Shown here piece by piece: positions 1 to 13,322 of a stretch of DNA of 64,000 nt; position 1 is the first letter of the stretch, and the number at the start of each line of letters is the position of its first letter. The notes under the pieces are model-generated. The model had not been told where the DNA came from and did no database searches. It worked only from the letters and a program-made list of their open reading frames with translations. The DNA is from Eledone cirrhosa. Lineage: Eukaryota. A program made the position numbers and the translations under genes. The stretch is taken from the NCBI GenBank assembly GCA_964016885.1, contig OZ024756.1, forward strand, positions 2,914,001 to 2,978,000, given 5' to 3'.

Positions 1-1988
1 ACCCTGCAACAACTCCAACTTCCGCAGCAGTGGCTCTAGAGTTATTACATACAGAAGGGAGGAGAGAGGGCACCCCTGTCGGATGGACCGCGCGATTTCG
101 AACGGCTCCGAGAGGTAGCCCTTCATCTTGACCCTAGAGAAGATGCGGCTGCTGTGCATGGCATTGATCCAGCCCCTGAAAACGGGTCCGAAGCCTGCCG
201 CCGCTAGCACCGCATCCAGGTAACCATGGTCGACCATATCGAATGCCTTAGATTGATCCAAGTTGATCAGGGCCCCACCAAAGCCGGGTTCGTTCCCAAC
301 CCTCTCTATGATGTATCGCATGAGGTGGATGTTGTCGTGGATGGACCTGGACGGGATAGCACATGTCTGCGCATCTCCCACCAGGTTGCCCACGACAAGC
401 GCTAACCTCTTTGCTAGCACCTTGGCCAAAATCTGTAACTCTGTATTTAGCAGAGTTATGGGCCTGAAATTATTTATATCGTCCCCCTTGTTCTCGTCCT
501 TCCTCACTAGCGTGACTACGCCCTTGGTCACAGCACAGGGAATTCTCCCGTTCTGTTGCCAGTTGCAGTAGACCGCCTCGAGGAGATCGGAGAACAAGTC
601 CGGCATAGCTAGATATAGTTCGTATGGAAGACCATCGAGACCCGGGGATTTGCGTTTGCCGCATTGGCTCAGCACGTCCTCTATCTCAGCGGCTGAAATC
701 GGCTCCTCGCAGGACTTCGCCTCCCTGTCCGAGAGACGCAGCAGGCCGTCGAGGTATGGACCGAAGTCCACATCCCCAACCGGCCCCCCACCCCTTCCGA
801 ACAATCCGGCAAAGTGCTTTTGAAAAGCCTTGCACATCTGCTTAGGTTCAATGATCACCCGTCCATCCTGGTCTCGCAAAGACCAGATAGTGGATTTGCT
901 CCCTCTTTTGGCTTCTGTCATGCGGGCCCAGCTAACAGCTTTGGTCCCCTCGTTTCCCAGAGCACGTATTTTGCTTCGGACGATGCAGCCTTCGTTTTTC
1001 GCGTCGAAGAACTGGCCCAGGGCCGTTCTAGACGCTAGCACTCTGGCCACGTCGCCGCTTCTAATTGCCTCTTCTACACTATCTACCAACTCCCTTTCCT
1101 TCCTATTTCTATTTGAGGCTAACTCCTTACTAAATTCTATAGAGACTACTCTAATCTCTCTTTTGAGAGATACCCACCACCTGCTGTTGACGATGGCGCC
1201 CGTCAACCGCTCCTTAACTAAAGTGCTAATCCGGTCCCTGTAAGCCTTACTTGCCGGTAAGGACAAGTTGAGCTTCCAGTAACCGGGTCCCTGTCTATGA
1301 GTTCTGTCAAGGTTGACCATGCAGGTCACTAATTTGTGGTCTGAATAGCCAACCATGCGCATTTTTGGACAACTTAAAAAGTCCTTATCCTTAATTCTAA
1401 CTAAGAACCTATCTAGGTACGACCTCGATGATCCGCTACGATTTGCCCAAGTCCAGGTTGGCGCAGTCGGAAAATCTAGTCGATATCTATCGGCCAGGTC
1501 AAATCGACCGATTAACCCTTTGAGGCTATTACACCCCTCTCTATCGGGACAGGCCCCTACGTAGTCCCAGCGTGCATCTAGGATACCATTCCAGTCCCCC
1601 ACTAATAGCAAGGAGCGGGATGTCCCTAGAAATGTCTCCAGACGATGGAAGAAGTCCGGCCGCATTGACCCGAAAGGGCCGTAGGCGGCTACCAACCTAA
1701 ACGCTCCGCCTTTACCACTGCCAAGGTCCAGAACCACTAGTCGACCCTCCGGGTCCAAATGTACCATCTGTGTTGCGAGACCCAGATGTTTTTGCAGCAG
1801 AACGACAACCCCACCCCCACCTCCGGGCTGACAGAGAGATGCGTGCATCTCAAAGTCATCAAAGGTGGGGGCCAGCTGTCGCACGTTGCTGATCCGGGCC
1901 TCGCAAATAACCATCACATCTATACGTTGTGACCTGAGGTCATTTAGAAGCATTGCTTGCTTCCAAGTTCAGCCCAGGCCACGCGCAT
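1..1988 (-). mobile_element. 5'-truncated L1/Tx1-type LINE, ORF2 portion (APE endonuclease + N-terminal RT), running off the left edge
   Basis: Colinear with ORF2 of the 43672-49299 element at the same offset (45317) at both ends. Encodes GDWNG, SYLDRF, SDHK, PGYWKLN, FRPITLLN, DQSKAFD, QGCPLS. Homology stops at 1988, in ORF2 codon ~10, and abuts (AGAT)n. In-frame TGA at 1969-1971. Confidence 0.95.
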
Positions 1989-2065
1989 AGATAGATAGAT
2001 AGATAGATAGATAGAAAATGAGGATTGGAGATAGTGAGACTAAAAGAGCGAAAGGGATATATATT

Positions 2066-2135
<70 letters not shown>

Positions 2136-2170
2136 CAGAAAGAGAGAGAGAGAGAGAGAGAGTGAGAGAG
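1987..2170. repeat. (AGAT)n, (TA)n and (GA)n microsatellites
   Basis: Direct inspection. Confidence 0.9.
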
Positions 2171-2859
2171 AGGGGAGAAGGGGAGAATTCAGCATATATG
2201 TGTGACGGAGAGAGAAACAGAAAGAGAGATAAAACTAGGAGAGTGGGAAGATTTTCCGGAAGCATGGCCAAGGCTAAAAGAAAAATATGAAGACAATGGT
2301 GAGAGCAAAATGGCAGAGGATGGAGCTGGAAGGGGACAAGTATGATATGAAGCAATGAACAGCAGGTAGGGTGGACGATATGTTTATGGCCAGAGAGGGG
2401 CTTATCATTCCTCTATCTAACACAAACAAATAATTACTGTTACAATAATAGAACAAACAACAACAACAACAGTTGTTAGGGGACAACGAAAGAACCTCTA
2501 GGCAGCCTAAAGCTCAAGTAGAAATGTCAGAGTCAGACAAATATACCTCAAAAATGCTCTGTCAACTTAAGGAAGGAACATACTGTAAAATGTAGTACTT
2601 TATACAATATTCCTGAAGAAAAAAAGTAATACTGGATTGCTCCGGCTGGAAAATTTTTCAGCATAAACCAACTCGATTATAGCTAGCCTGGTATAACAAG
2701 GGGGCGAATTGGGGGTGTCGTAGCGTTCTTTATGGTAATGGTGTCGAGATCGTTATATAAAATACCAGTCTTGTACTCGGGCCGAGTTCAAACTTAAATA
2801 TTACTCCAAACATTCGTACAAATTCAGAAATTTGTACGGAAGATTCAATCAAAATCTGA

Positions 2860-3590
2860 CTTATATTTCATTTTACTGATCCCCTGAAGAATGAAGGAAT
2901 AAAGTTGAGCTTGCCAAGATTTGAACTCAGAACATCAAGGGTAGTCACTATAAGCTGCGAAATATTTTCTCCGGCGTTTTACTAACTCTGCCAAGCCAGA
3001 GAAATTAGTTATAATTTGGGGAGATTTTTAATAAGTAACATCTTTCAAACTAGTCAAATCTTTCAGAATTGAGTAAGTAGAAAATAATTGTTTCTACTTT
3101 TGGCACAAGGCCATCAATTAATCTAGTACTTTATTTTATCGACACCGTAAGGACGAAAGGCAAAGTTAACCTTGGTGGGATTTGAGCTCAGAACGTAAAG
3201 GGTAGTAACTATGCTGTAAAGCATGGCGCCGGCCCTCTACCGATACTGCCAATCCACCGATTGAGATGTTCATGGGCCCTTGATGTACGTTGGACTCGTA
3301 GGAGCATTATAAAGATACACAGAGTCCTTTGGGTATTTAAACCTGGTTTAGCTCATCTCCGTATACAGTCAATTATATCCAGAGAAAGAGAGTAAGAGAG
3401 AGGGCGTGAGAAATAAATATAAAGGAAGAAACGACCCCAATACTAGATTTATATTCTTATTTAATCGATCTTGAAAGAATAAAAAGTAAAGTTGACTTCG
3501 ATGAGATTTGAACTGAGATTAGAAAGAGTTGAACTGGGTAGAGTGAAGTATTGTCTGACGTTCTAACAACTAAATCTCTCAATTTTCCGC
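2860..3590 (-). mobile_element. Three tRNA-derived SINE copies (~2860-2998, 3088-3259, 3432-3590)
   Basis: Reverse complement of the B-box GAGTTCAAAT plus the conserved body gcctttcatcct..ggtcgataaaataaagtac seen in >12 copies in the window. Confidence 0.8.
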
Positions 3591-3919
3591 CAAAGCTCAA
3601 TGGTATATGGTGGAGAAAATTGTTGTGAAAAGGTTGCAACTGGGGTTCGCACTTTTAATAGAATAGAAAAGGGAGAGAAAGAAAGAAGGAAAGGAAGAAA
3701 AGAAGAAATACGAAAGACAGAATGATATAAAGAATGATAGAAAGAGAAAGGAAGAAAGAAGGCGAAGTAGATTACTGGAGTGGAGTAGAATATAGCGGGT
3801 TGATAGACAATGGCGATTTTAGCATCGTCTGTATCGATCCAGGTTGTTCCAGCTGACGGCCGGTCGGCCGTGTACTGGTTTGTTTTTCTAGCTGCCGCCT
3901 TTTAAAAATTTATTATCAC

Positions 3920-3951
<32 letters not shown>

Positions 3952-4312
3952 GTAATGGTATTTTTGTTGTTATAGTTGTTTTTGTTGTTATTTTTGTGGT
4001 TATTACGAGATGGGTTAGAGAACACGCCTGTCACAAATGTGCTACTGTTCCGCTGTCCATAACCTTATGTGGGTCTTCAATGTAAACTTTTAAAACGAGG
4101 AGATATCCGGGGAGTAATAAGGACAGGTTGAAGGGCAGACGGTAGGGGATTAAATAGAAATTGGGGAAAAGTAAAGAGGGTAATACAATTTCCATTAAAA
4201 ATAGAGTAAAAATGAGAAACTAAATTAGTTTTCGGAGGAAATCAAAAAAGGTTTTTAAAAAACGCTAAAAAGAAAAACCATTATACGTGTAGAAAATCTA
4301 ACAACAATAATG

Positions 4313-4748
4313 GCTTCTTATATAGGCACAAGGCCAGCAATTCTGAGGGAGGGGAAAGTCGATTAAAATGATGAAAGGCAAAGCTAACCTCGGCGGGACT
4401 TGAACTCAGATCATAAGAGGCCGTAACTCTATGCTGCAAAGCATGTCCAACCCTCTACCGATACTGCCAATACACCACCCTAAAAAATACAACAACATTA
4501 ATAGCAACAATAATGATTTCCAAGTTAGGCACAAGGCCAGCAATTTGAAGGGAAGGTGGGAAGTGGGGATGGGGGTGGAATTGGTTAAATTGACCCCAGT
4601 GTATTACTGGTACTTTATTTTATTAATCCAGTAAGGAAGAAAGGCAAAACTCACCTCGGCCGTATTTGAACTCAGAACATAAATGGCCATAACTCTATGC
4701 CGAAGAACATCCTGTCCGGCCCTCTACCGATACTACCAACTCACCACA
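4313..4748 (-). mobile_element. Two tandem tRNA-derived SINE copies
   Basis: aggcacaaggccagcaatt ... aaaggcaaa..acctcggc..atttgaactcaga ... ctctaccgatactgccaat. Confidence 0.85.
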
Positions 4749-4917
4749 CTTTAATAGTTTCTGATTGAGGCACAAGGCCTGTTTAGCTGACGCTCTACCG
4801 ATTCTAACACTAAAATTATAAAAGAACATCTAGATAGCCCTCGCTTTCTATAGCTCCCAACACAAGTGGCTGCCACTCTATTTCTACTCCACCAGCCAAT
4901 GATAACAAACCCGAAGC

Positions 4918-5236
4918 TCAGGGCCGCCCTCAATGCGGCATGTGTCACATCCTTCCCTACACAGGGCCGCCCTCAATGTGCCATGTGTCACCCCCCTCCC
5001 CTACACAGGGCCGCCCTCAATGCGCCATGTGTCACCTCACCCTAATTACTTGGCCAGAGGTAGTAAAGGTGTTACTAAGGGCCGCCCTCAATGTGCCATG
5101 TGTCATCCCCTCTCCTACAGAGGGCCGCCCTCAATGTGCCATGTGTCACCCCCTCTCCTACAGAGGGCGGCCCTGAATGTGCCATGTGTCACCTCACCCT
5201 AATTACTTGGCTAGAGGTAGTAAAGGTGTTACTAAT
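4918..5236. repeat. Nested GC-rich minisatellite: ~43-bp unit (gggccgccctcaatgtgccatgtgtcac...) x3 plus a spacer, whole block duplicated
   Basis: Six copies of the core. The tail cacctcaccctaattacttgg..agaggtagtaaaggtgttactaa occurs twice. Confidence 0.9.
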
Positions 5237-5321
5237 TATGTTATTGTATCTTTCTATTGTTCTCATTCCACCTTTTTCTGGCTGTTAATCTTATTCCATT
5301 CTTTCTATGGAGGGATATAAT

Positions 5322-5342
5322 ACACACACACTCAAACACACT

Positions 5343-5438
<96 letters not shown>

Positions 5439-5720
5439 ACACACGAACACACACACTCAAACACACACAGGAACACACTCAAACACTCACACGAACACAC
5501 ACACACTCTCAAAGACACACACACATAAACACACACACACACTCAAACACACACACTCAAACACACTCAAACACACACGCGAACACACACGCTCAAACAC
5601 ACACACATACACACTCAAACACACACGAACACACACACTCAAACAAACACACACAAACACATATACACATATATATATATATGTGTGTGCGTGTTCGTGT
5701 ATGTGTGTGCGTGTGTGTAT
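5322..5720. repeat. Degenerate (CA)n microsatellite
   Basis: Direct inspection. Confidence 0.95.
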
Positions 5721-5840
5721 TATACACACAAAAGGACACAAACAAAAGCATTTCACCTAACAACCCTTCTACTTCCTGCTTTTTACTCTCTAGCCCCACT
5801 CCTCTGTGTCCCCCATATCTCTCTATAGACATACATACAT

Positions 5841-6248
5841 GGTGGCTGCCAACTCGTTTTCGAGTACGGCCACTACTTCATATCCATGTAGGAGAAGCCC
5901 TACCGATGCGCTGAACGAGTGTGACTTTTTAGTCCAGCCAGCGACTTGAAAACTCTGGTACAAACACTACACTTGTGACAATTATTGACACATAGTGCTG
6001 GGCCTATGGCACCATGTGACAAGTGCAGAGAGATCGCCAGATATAAAGCAATGCCTGTGCCGTGAAGCTTTTATAGTGAGCAAAGGCACTGCACAAAGCC
6101 AGTCCCACTCTCTTAAACAAGATGACATTTACCAAAAAGAAGAACAAGTCAACATCATTGGATACCATCAGGGTTGCAGGTGTTATATCAGAGTTTTCCT
6201 TCTCCTAGAATTCTGCCTTGACAAAGGCTAAGGGGTCATCTCTCCCGG
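5841..6248 (+). mobile_element. Partial copy of the ~600-bp (ATAC)n-associated non-coding element
   Basis: Near-identical to the first ~410 bp of 6298-6900 and of 11058-11658(-). Orientation inferred from the fusion at 36690-37762. Confidence 0.8.
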
Positions 6249-6297
6249 ATATATATATACATACATAAATACATACGCATATATATATATATACACT

Positions 6298-6900
6298 GTG
6301 GCTGCCAACTCGTTTTCGAGTACGGCCACTACTTTATATCCCTGTAGGAGCACCCCTACCGATGCGCTGAATGAGTGTGACTTTTTAGTCCAGCCAGCGA
6401 CTTGAAAACTCTGGTACAAACACTACACTTGCGACAATTATTGACACACAGTGCTGGGCCCATGGTACCATGTAACAACAAGTGCAGATAGATCTCCAGA
6501 TATAAAGCAATGCCTGTGCCGTGAAGCTTTTATAGTAAGCAAAGGCACTGCACAAAGCCAGTCCCACTCTCTTAACCAAGATGATATTTACCAAAAAGAA
6601 GAACAATTAAAAAAACTTTGGATACTATCAGGTTGTAGGGGTTATATCAGAGTTTTCCTTCTCCTAGAATTCTGCCTTGACAAAGGCTAAGGGGTCATCT
6701 CTCCCGGTGATTTTGGATGACCATTGACTCTTAAGAGCTCCTTTGCCCTTTGACAGGTTTTGTTTTTAGTCCTGCAGGATGTCCAAAGTCACCGTCCTCA
6801 CCAAGAAACCTTGGTGGGGTTGCCAGTTTAGTCGCCAACGACCCGACCATGAGACAGGTTGTACTGGGATACATGTTACCAGTAGCACCAACTGGTGACC
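6298..6900 (+). mobile_element. Full ~600-bp (ATAC)n-associated non-coding element
   Basis: Same start (gtggctgccaactcg) and end (caactggtgacc) as the inverted copy at 11058-11658. Followed by (ATAC)n. Confidence 0.85.
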
Positions 6901-7045
6901 TGACATAGATACATACATACTTATATACATACATACATAATACTTACATACACACATACTTACATACATACATTAATACATACGTACGTACATACATACA
7001 TACATACATACTTACATACATACATACACACATACATACATACAT

Positions 7046-7385
7046 GTCAGAAAAATACAGGAGAAGTAGGACATCTACGGACCATTGATGAGGAGCTTAC
7101 AGATCCAGTATCCAAGATACACCTTTAGCTTCATACCCATCATTATTGGTGCTACGGGTTATATACCAACCCGCTTGGACCAAAGTATGACTGAACTTGG
7201 ATTTGTGGACAAAAAGCGCAGCTCCCTAATTCATAGTCTACAAATGGCTGCGATAGCTGGCACCTTCAAAATATGCAAAACATTCTTGCGATTCAAGGGA
7301 TGACAATTTCTTTTCTTTTACAACCTTGCCACCAGGAAGGTGGCCGGTCAAAAAAATATACTCGAAATTAAGAGAAAGAGAAAAC
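7046..7385 (+). mobile_element. 3' end of an RLE-type (R4/Dong-like) non-LTR retrotransposon
   Basis: Encodes [30 protein letters not shown], the C-terminus of a restriction-like endonuclease. Homologous to 36690-37000. (ATAC)n on both sides. Confidence 0.85.
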
Positions 7386-7388
7386 ATG

Positions 7389-7422
<34 letters not shown>

Positions 7423-7483
7423 TATGTTTACGACCAAAGTCTGCGTATTATTTGATCAACCAAGTCCTCACTTGAATAATATA

Positions 7484-7513
7484 AGTATATATATATATAC
7501 GCACACACACACT

Positions 7514-7549
<36 letters not shown>

Positions 7550-7567
7550 CGCACACACACACACACT

Positions 7568-7599
<32 letters not shown>

Positions 7600-7601
7600 C
7601 G

Positions 7602-7670
<69 letters not shown>

Positions 7671-7754
7671 GCACACACACACACACACTCACACATATAT
7701 ATATATATATATATATATACGCACACACACACACATATATATATACGCACACAT

Positions 7755-7793
<39 letters not shown>

Positions 7794-7795
7794 GG

Positions 7796-7827
<32 letters not shown>

Positions 7828-7858
7828 CGAACACACACACACACATATGTATATATAT

Positions 7859-7899
<41 letters not shown>

Positions 7900-7980
7900 C
7901 ATAAATATATATACGCACCACACACACACACACATATATAAATATATATATACGCACCACACACACACATATATATATAT
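7484..7980. repeat. Compound (TA)n/(CA)n microsatellite
   Basis: Direct inspection. Confidence 0.95.
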
Positions 7981-8510
7981 AGAGTAGGGGGGAGAGTGAG
8001 AAAGAGAGAAGGGGGGGGAATAGCCATGTCTTCTAGATGTTAGATATACTTGAAACCTGCTGGAGCCAATAACTTTAGTAAGACATAGAAAGGTGTCTAA
8101 TATGGCAGCCATCCTCCCTACGGTTATAGCAAAACAAACGTTTAATGCCAAAGTTCCACAGACAAGATGGAGGCCAAAATCTAAACGTGTGTTGTGGCAT
8201 GTCTTAGCTGTATAATACCTACCACACACGTACATATGTGCTCCGACCCCCGTATAGACGTCTCTACACACCCTCGGGATATTCACAACATTTCAAATGT
8301 CATCAAACTGTTCTGTTATGCTCTGTTCAGAATCCTAGTACACGAATCCAGCCTGGGTTCTTGTCAGTTGCTTCCCGTTTACCTCCTCCTGAGAGGGGGT
8401 TGAGGCATGTCCCAGTCAGAAGGGGAATATGTGAACCTCACACGCTGACAGAAGCCTACAACAACATGACAACACAAGATTGTATATATGTATGTATGTA
8501 TGTATGTTTA

Positions 8511-9447
<937 letters not shown>

Positions 9448-9502
9448 ATGTATGTATCTATGTGTCTATGTATATATGTATGTATATATGTGTGTATGTA
9501 TG

Positions 9503-9609
9503 TTTTCTCTTTCTCTTAATTTTGAGTATATTTTTTGACCGGCCACCTTCCTGGTGGCAAGGTTGTAAAAGAAAAGAAATTGTCATCCCTTGAATCGCAA
9601 GAGTGTTTT
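9503..9609 (-). mobile_element. Very short RLE-type LINE 3'-terminal fragment
   Basis: Matches 8511-8615. Embedded in (TATG)n. Confidence 0.8.
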
Positions 9610-10025
9610 GTATGTATGTATGTATGTATGTATGTATGTATGTATGTATGTATGTATGTATGTATGTATGTATGTACATATGTGTGCATGTATGTATGTA
9701 CGTATGTATATAGGCATATATGTATGCATATACGTATCCGAATGCGTGTTTAAATTATGTATGGAAGAATGTATCTATGTATGAATGTGTGTATGTATGT
9801 ATGCAAGTTTGTATATATGAATGTTTGTATGTATGTATATGCGTATGCGTATACGTATCCCTATGTATGTTTGTTTGTATGTGTATGTATGTATGAATGT
9901 ATGTATGTATGTGTATGTGGATGCATGTCTGTATGAATGTATGTATGTGTAAGTGTGTATGTATGAATGTATGTATTTTGGTATGCGTATGCATGTATCT
10001 ATCTATGTATGTATGTATATATGTC

Positions 10026-10131
10026 GGGTCACTCTCGTGTGCTACTAAGTACAACTTTCAGCGCATCGTTAGGGGTTCTCCTACATGGATATAAAGTAGT
10101 GGGCGTACTCGAAAACGAGTTAGCAGCCACC
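10026..10131 (-). mobile_element. 5'-terminal fragment of the ~600-bp element
   Basis: Matches 11570-11658. (TATG)n flanks. Confidence 0.75.
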
Positions 10132-10222
10132 ATGTATGTATGTATGTATATATGTATGTATGTGTAGATATATATATACATATGTATATGTATATATGTA
10201 TGTATGTATGCATGTATATATG

Positions 10223-10296
<74 letters not shown>

Positions 10297-10467
10297 CAAT
10301 ATCGGAGAAAGCTTTTTAGCGATACTCCGGCCAAATTCCAACTCACTCAACAAACATTAGGAAATAAGTGATTATATTCCTAATTATGTGTTTGGGGTGC
10401 TAACTAAAAGTATTACGTGGAAAATTGGCTGTATTATTTCATATGAGACATATCGAATATATCTCTT

Positions 10468-10594
10468 CCCAGACGGACGTCTCGTTTCATTATAGGATTC
10501 CTACAATTTGGGTTAAATTATACCAATTTATGTAGGAGCTTTTATACCATCAATAGATATATATTCAAGTGGGCTTCTATAATTCATCAGTGGG
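10468..10594 (-). ncRNA. Type I hammerhead ribozyme motif with long loop 2
   Basis: Minus strand: CCCA-CUGAUGA-AUUAUAG...CUAUAAU-GAAA-CGAGACGUCCG-UC-UGGG. Stem I 4 bp, stem II 7 bp, GUC cleavage triplet. Confidence 0.75.
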
Positions 10595-11057
10595 TGCCCC
10601 AATAATACTAATATTGATAATCTAACCAACATCAGTATTTAGTGATAATCACCATCAGTGCCTAAGGTATCTGTCAGGTAGCCAGTCCAGCAGTTCTAAA
10701 GAAATGCTCAAACTGATTAAAAAATGAGGAAGTAAATTACCGCCAAAAAAAACAATACATGCGCATGACAATGAATTCTAAAAGGAATTCAAGCCTCGTG
10801 CTAATAACTCAATTAGAAATTGAAAAAATATCTATGTGTGTACAACATTTGGTGACACAGATATTTTCTCGGGCAAAATAACAGAATGAGATATAAGGAA
10901 CAATCAATATTCATATATAAAAAATAAATTCTAACCTTATACCGGGAAAATTTCAATTCTGCTGCGCCAAGAGTAAATAAATAAATACAATATATATATG
11001 TATATATGTATATATGTATGTATGCATGTATATATGTATGTATATATGTATGTGTAT

Positions 11058-11658
11058 GGTCACCAGTTGGTGCTACTGGTAACATGTATCCCATTACAAC
11101 CTGTCTCATAGTCGGGTCGTTGGCGACTAAACTTGCAACCCCACCAAGGTTTCGTCGTGAGGACGGTGACTTTGGACATCCTGCAGGACTAAAAACAAAA
11201 CCTGTCAAAGGGCAAAGGAGCTCTTAAGTGTCAATGGCCATCCAAAATCACCGGGAGAGATGACCCATTAGCCTTTGTCAAGGCAGAATTCTAGGAGAAG
11301 GAAAACTCTGATATAACACCTGAAACTCTGATGGTATCCAATGATGTTGACTTGTTCTTTTTGGTAAATATCATCTTGATTAAGAGAGTGGGACTGGCTT
11401 TGTGCAGTGCCTTTGCTCACTATAAAAGCTTCACGGCACAGGCATTGCTTTATATCTGGAGATCTCTCTGCACTTGTCGTTACATGGTACCATGGGCCCA
11501 GCCCTATGTGTCAATAATTGTCACAAGTGAAGTGTTTGTACCAGAGTTTTCAAGTCGCTGGCTGGACTAAAAAGTCACACTCGTTCAGCGCATCGGTAGG
11601 GGTTCTCCTACATGGATATAAAGTAGTGGCCGTACTCGAAAACGAGTTGGCAGCCACC
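11058..11658 (-). mobile_element. Full ~600-bp (ATAC)n-associated non-coding element
   Basis: Reverse complement of 6298-6900 with the same ends. (TATG)-like repeats on both sides. Confidence 0.85.
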
Positions 11659-11685
11659 ATATATGTATGTATATATGTATGTATG

Positions 11686-11819
<134 letters not shown>

Positions 11820-11919
11820 TGTATGCATGTATATATATATCTATGTGTGTTATATCGCCAAATAAGAGAAATAGATATTTAAATTAACAGAAACATAGTC
11901 AAGAAAAGCAATTTTCAAA

Positions 11920-13283
11920 CACACACATAAATATAAACAAGCACACACACACTAACATGAAACCCACACCAGCCTGCACACATACACCAACATACGCATA
12001 CACCGACATGCACACACACGAACACCAAAATATTCACACAAACATACGCAAACATATGCAATATATGTGGATGCAGATACACATACACACACACTTATAC
12101 ACACACATACACACACACTTATACACACACACTTATACACATACATACACACACGTATACACACACATTCACACACTTATACACACACATACGCACACTT
12201 ATACACATACACACACATTCAAAATGATAAACAAACGTATTACATACACACACCCACACACACACTCACACACATACACTCACACACACACATTCGAAAT
12301 GATAAAGAAACGTATTTTTACATACACACACACACACACACACTTACGCACACGCATATTCAAAATGATAAACAAACGTATTACATACACACACACACAC
12401 ACAAACACACACATTCAAAATGATAAACAAACGTATTACACGCATACACACACGCGCGCGCACACATACACACACGCACACACACACTCGAAATGATAAA
12501 CAAACGTATTACATACACACACTCAGACATACACACACATACACACACAGATACACAGACACACACACACATACACAAATATATTCAAAATGATAAACAA
12601 ACGTATTACACACACACATTCGAAATGACAAACAAACGTATTACATATACATACACTCAGATACACACACACACACATACTCACACACACAAAGACACAC
12701 ACAAACAAACATAGAAACGAACACAAAAATTACGTTTACAATGATAAACACACGTACGTACTCACACGCACACACACAGACACAAACACACACACACATA
12801 CACAGCCGTATATACACACAAACTAATGTACACACACACACGCACACACAGACATATAATCATACAGAAATATATAGAGGAGCATACACTCACACATATA
12901 CACAGTCACACTCACACACACAGTCTCACACATACAGTCACACACAGAGTCACATACACAGAGATACACACACACACACATAGTCACACACACACACAGA
13001 GTGACACACACGTACAGTTACACACACACACACAGTCAATAACACATAAACAGTCACATACACACAGTCACACACATACACACACGGACACACACAGTCT
13101 CTCTCTCACACACACACAGAGTCTCACACACACACACACACACACACATAGACACACAGTCAACCCTCCCCCACACACACAGTCACACACATACAAAGAA
13201 TCACACACAGACACAATCACACACACACATACAAGCAGTCACACACACACAGAGTCACACAAACACACACGTACAAACACACA
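11920..13283. repeat. (CA)-rich low-complexity tract with an embedded repeated motif ttc(a/g)aaatgataaacaaacgtattaca (~7 copies, 12218-12650)
   Basis: Direct inspection. Confidence 0.9.
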
Positions 13284-13322
13284 TCTTGTTTAGTTTTTCG
13301 TGTGTTTGTTAAACTTTGGTTT

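Noticed and set aside
263-1564. Plus-strand ORFs overlapping LINE ORF2 (also 30499-32164, 44201-47418, 62233-63903)
   Set aside because: Antisense shadows of transposon ORFs. Their mutual similarity follows from the sense-strand homology.
4918-5236. CRISPR-like appearance of short repeats with spacers (also 12218-12650)
   Set aside because: The spacers are themselves repeated or microsatellite, there are no cas genes, and the context is eukaryotic.
5841-5930. Canonical HDV-like ribozyme
   Set aside because: P1-like and P2-like pairings exist but there is no room for P3/L3, so it is reported only as a conserved hairpin.
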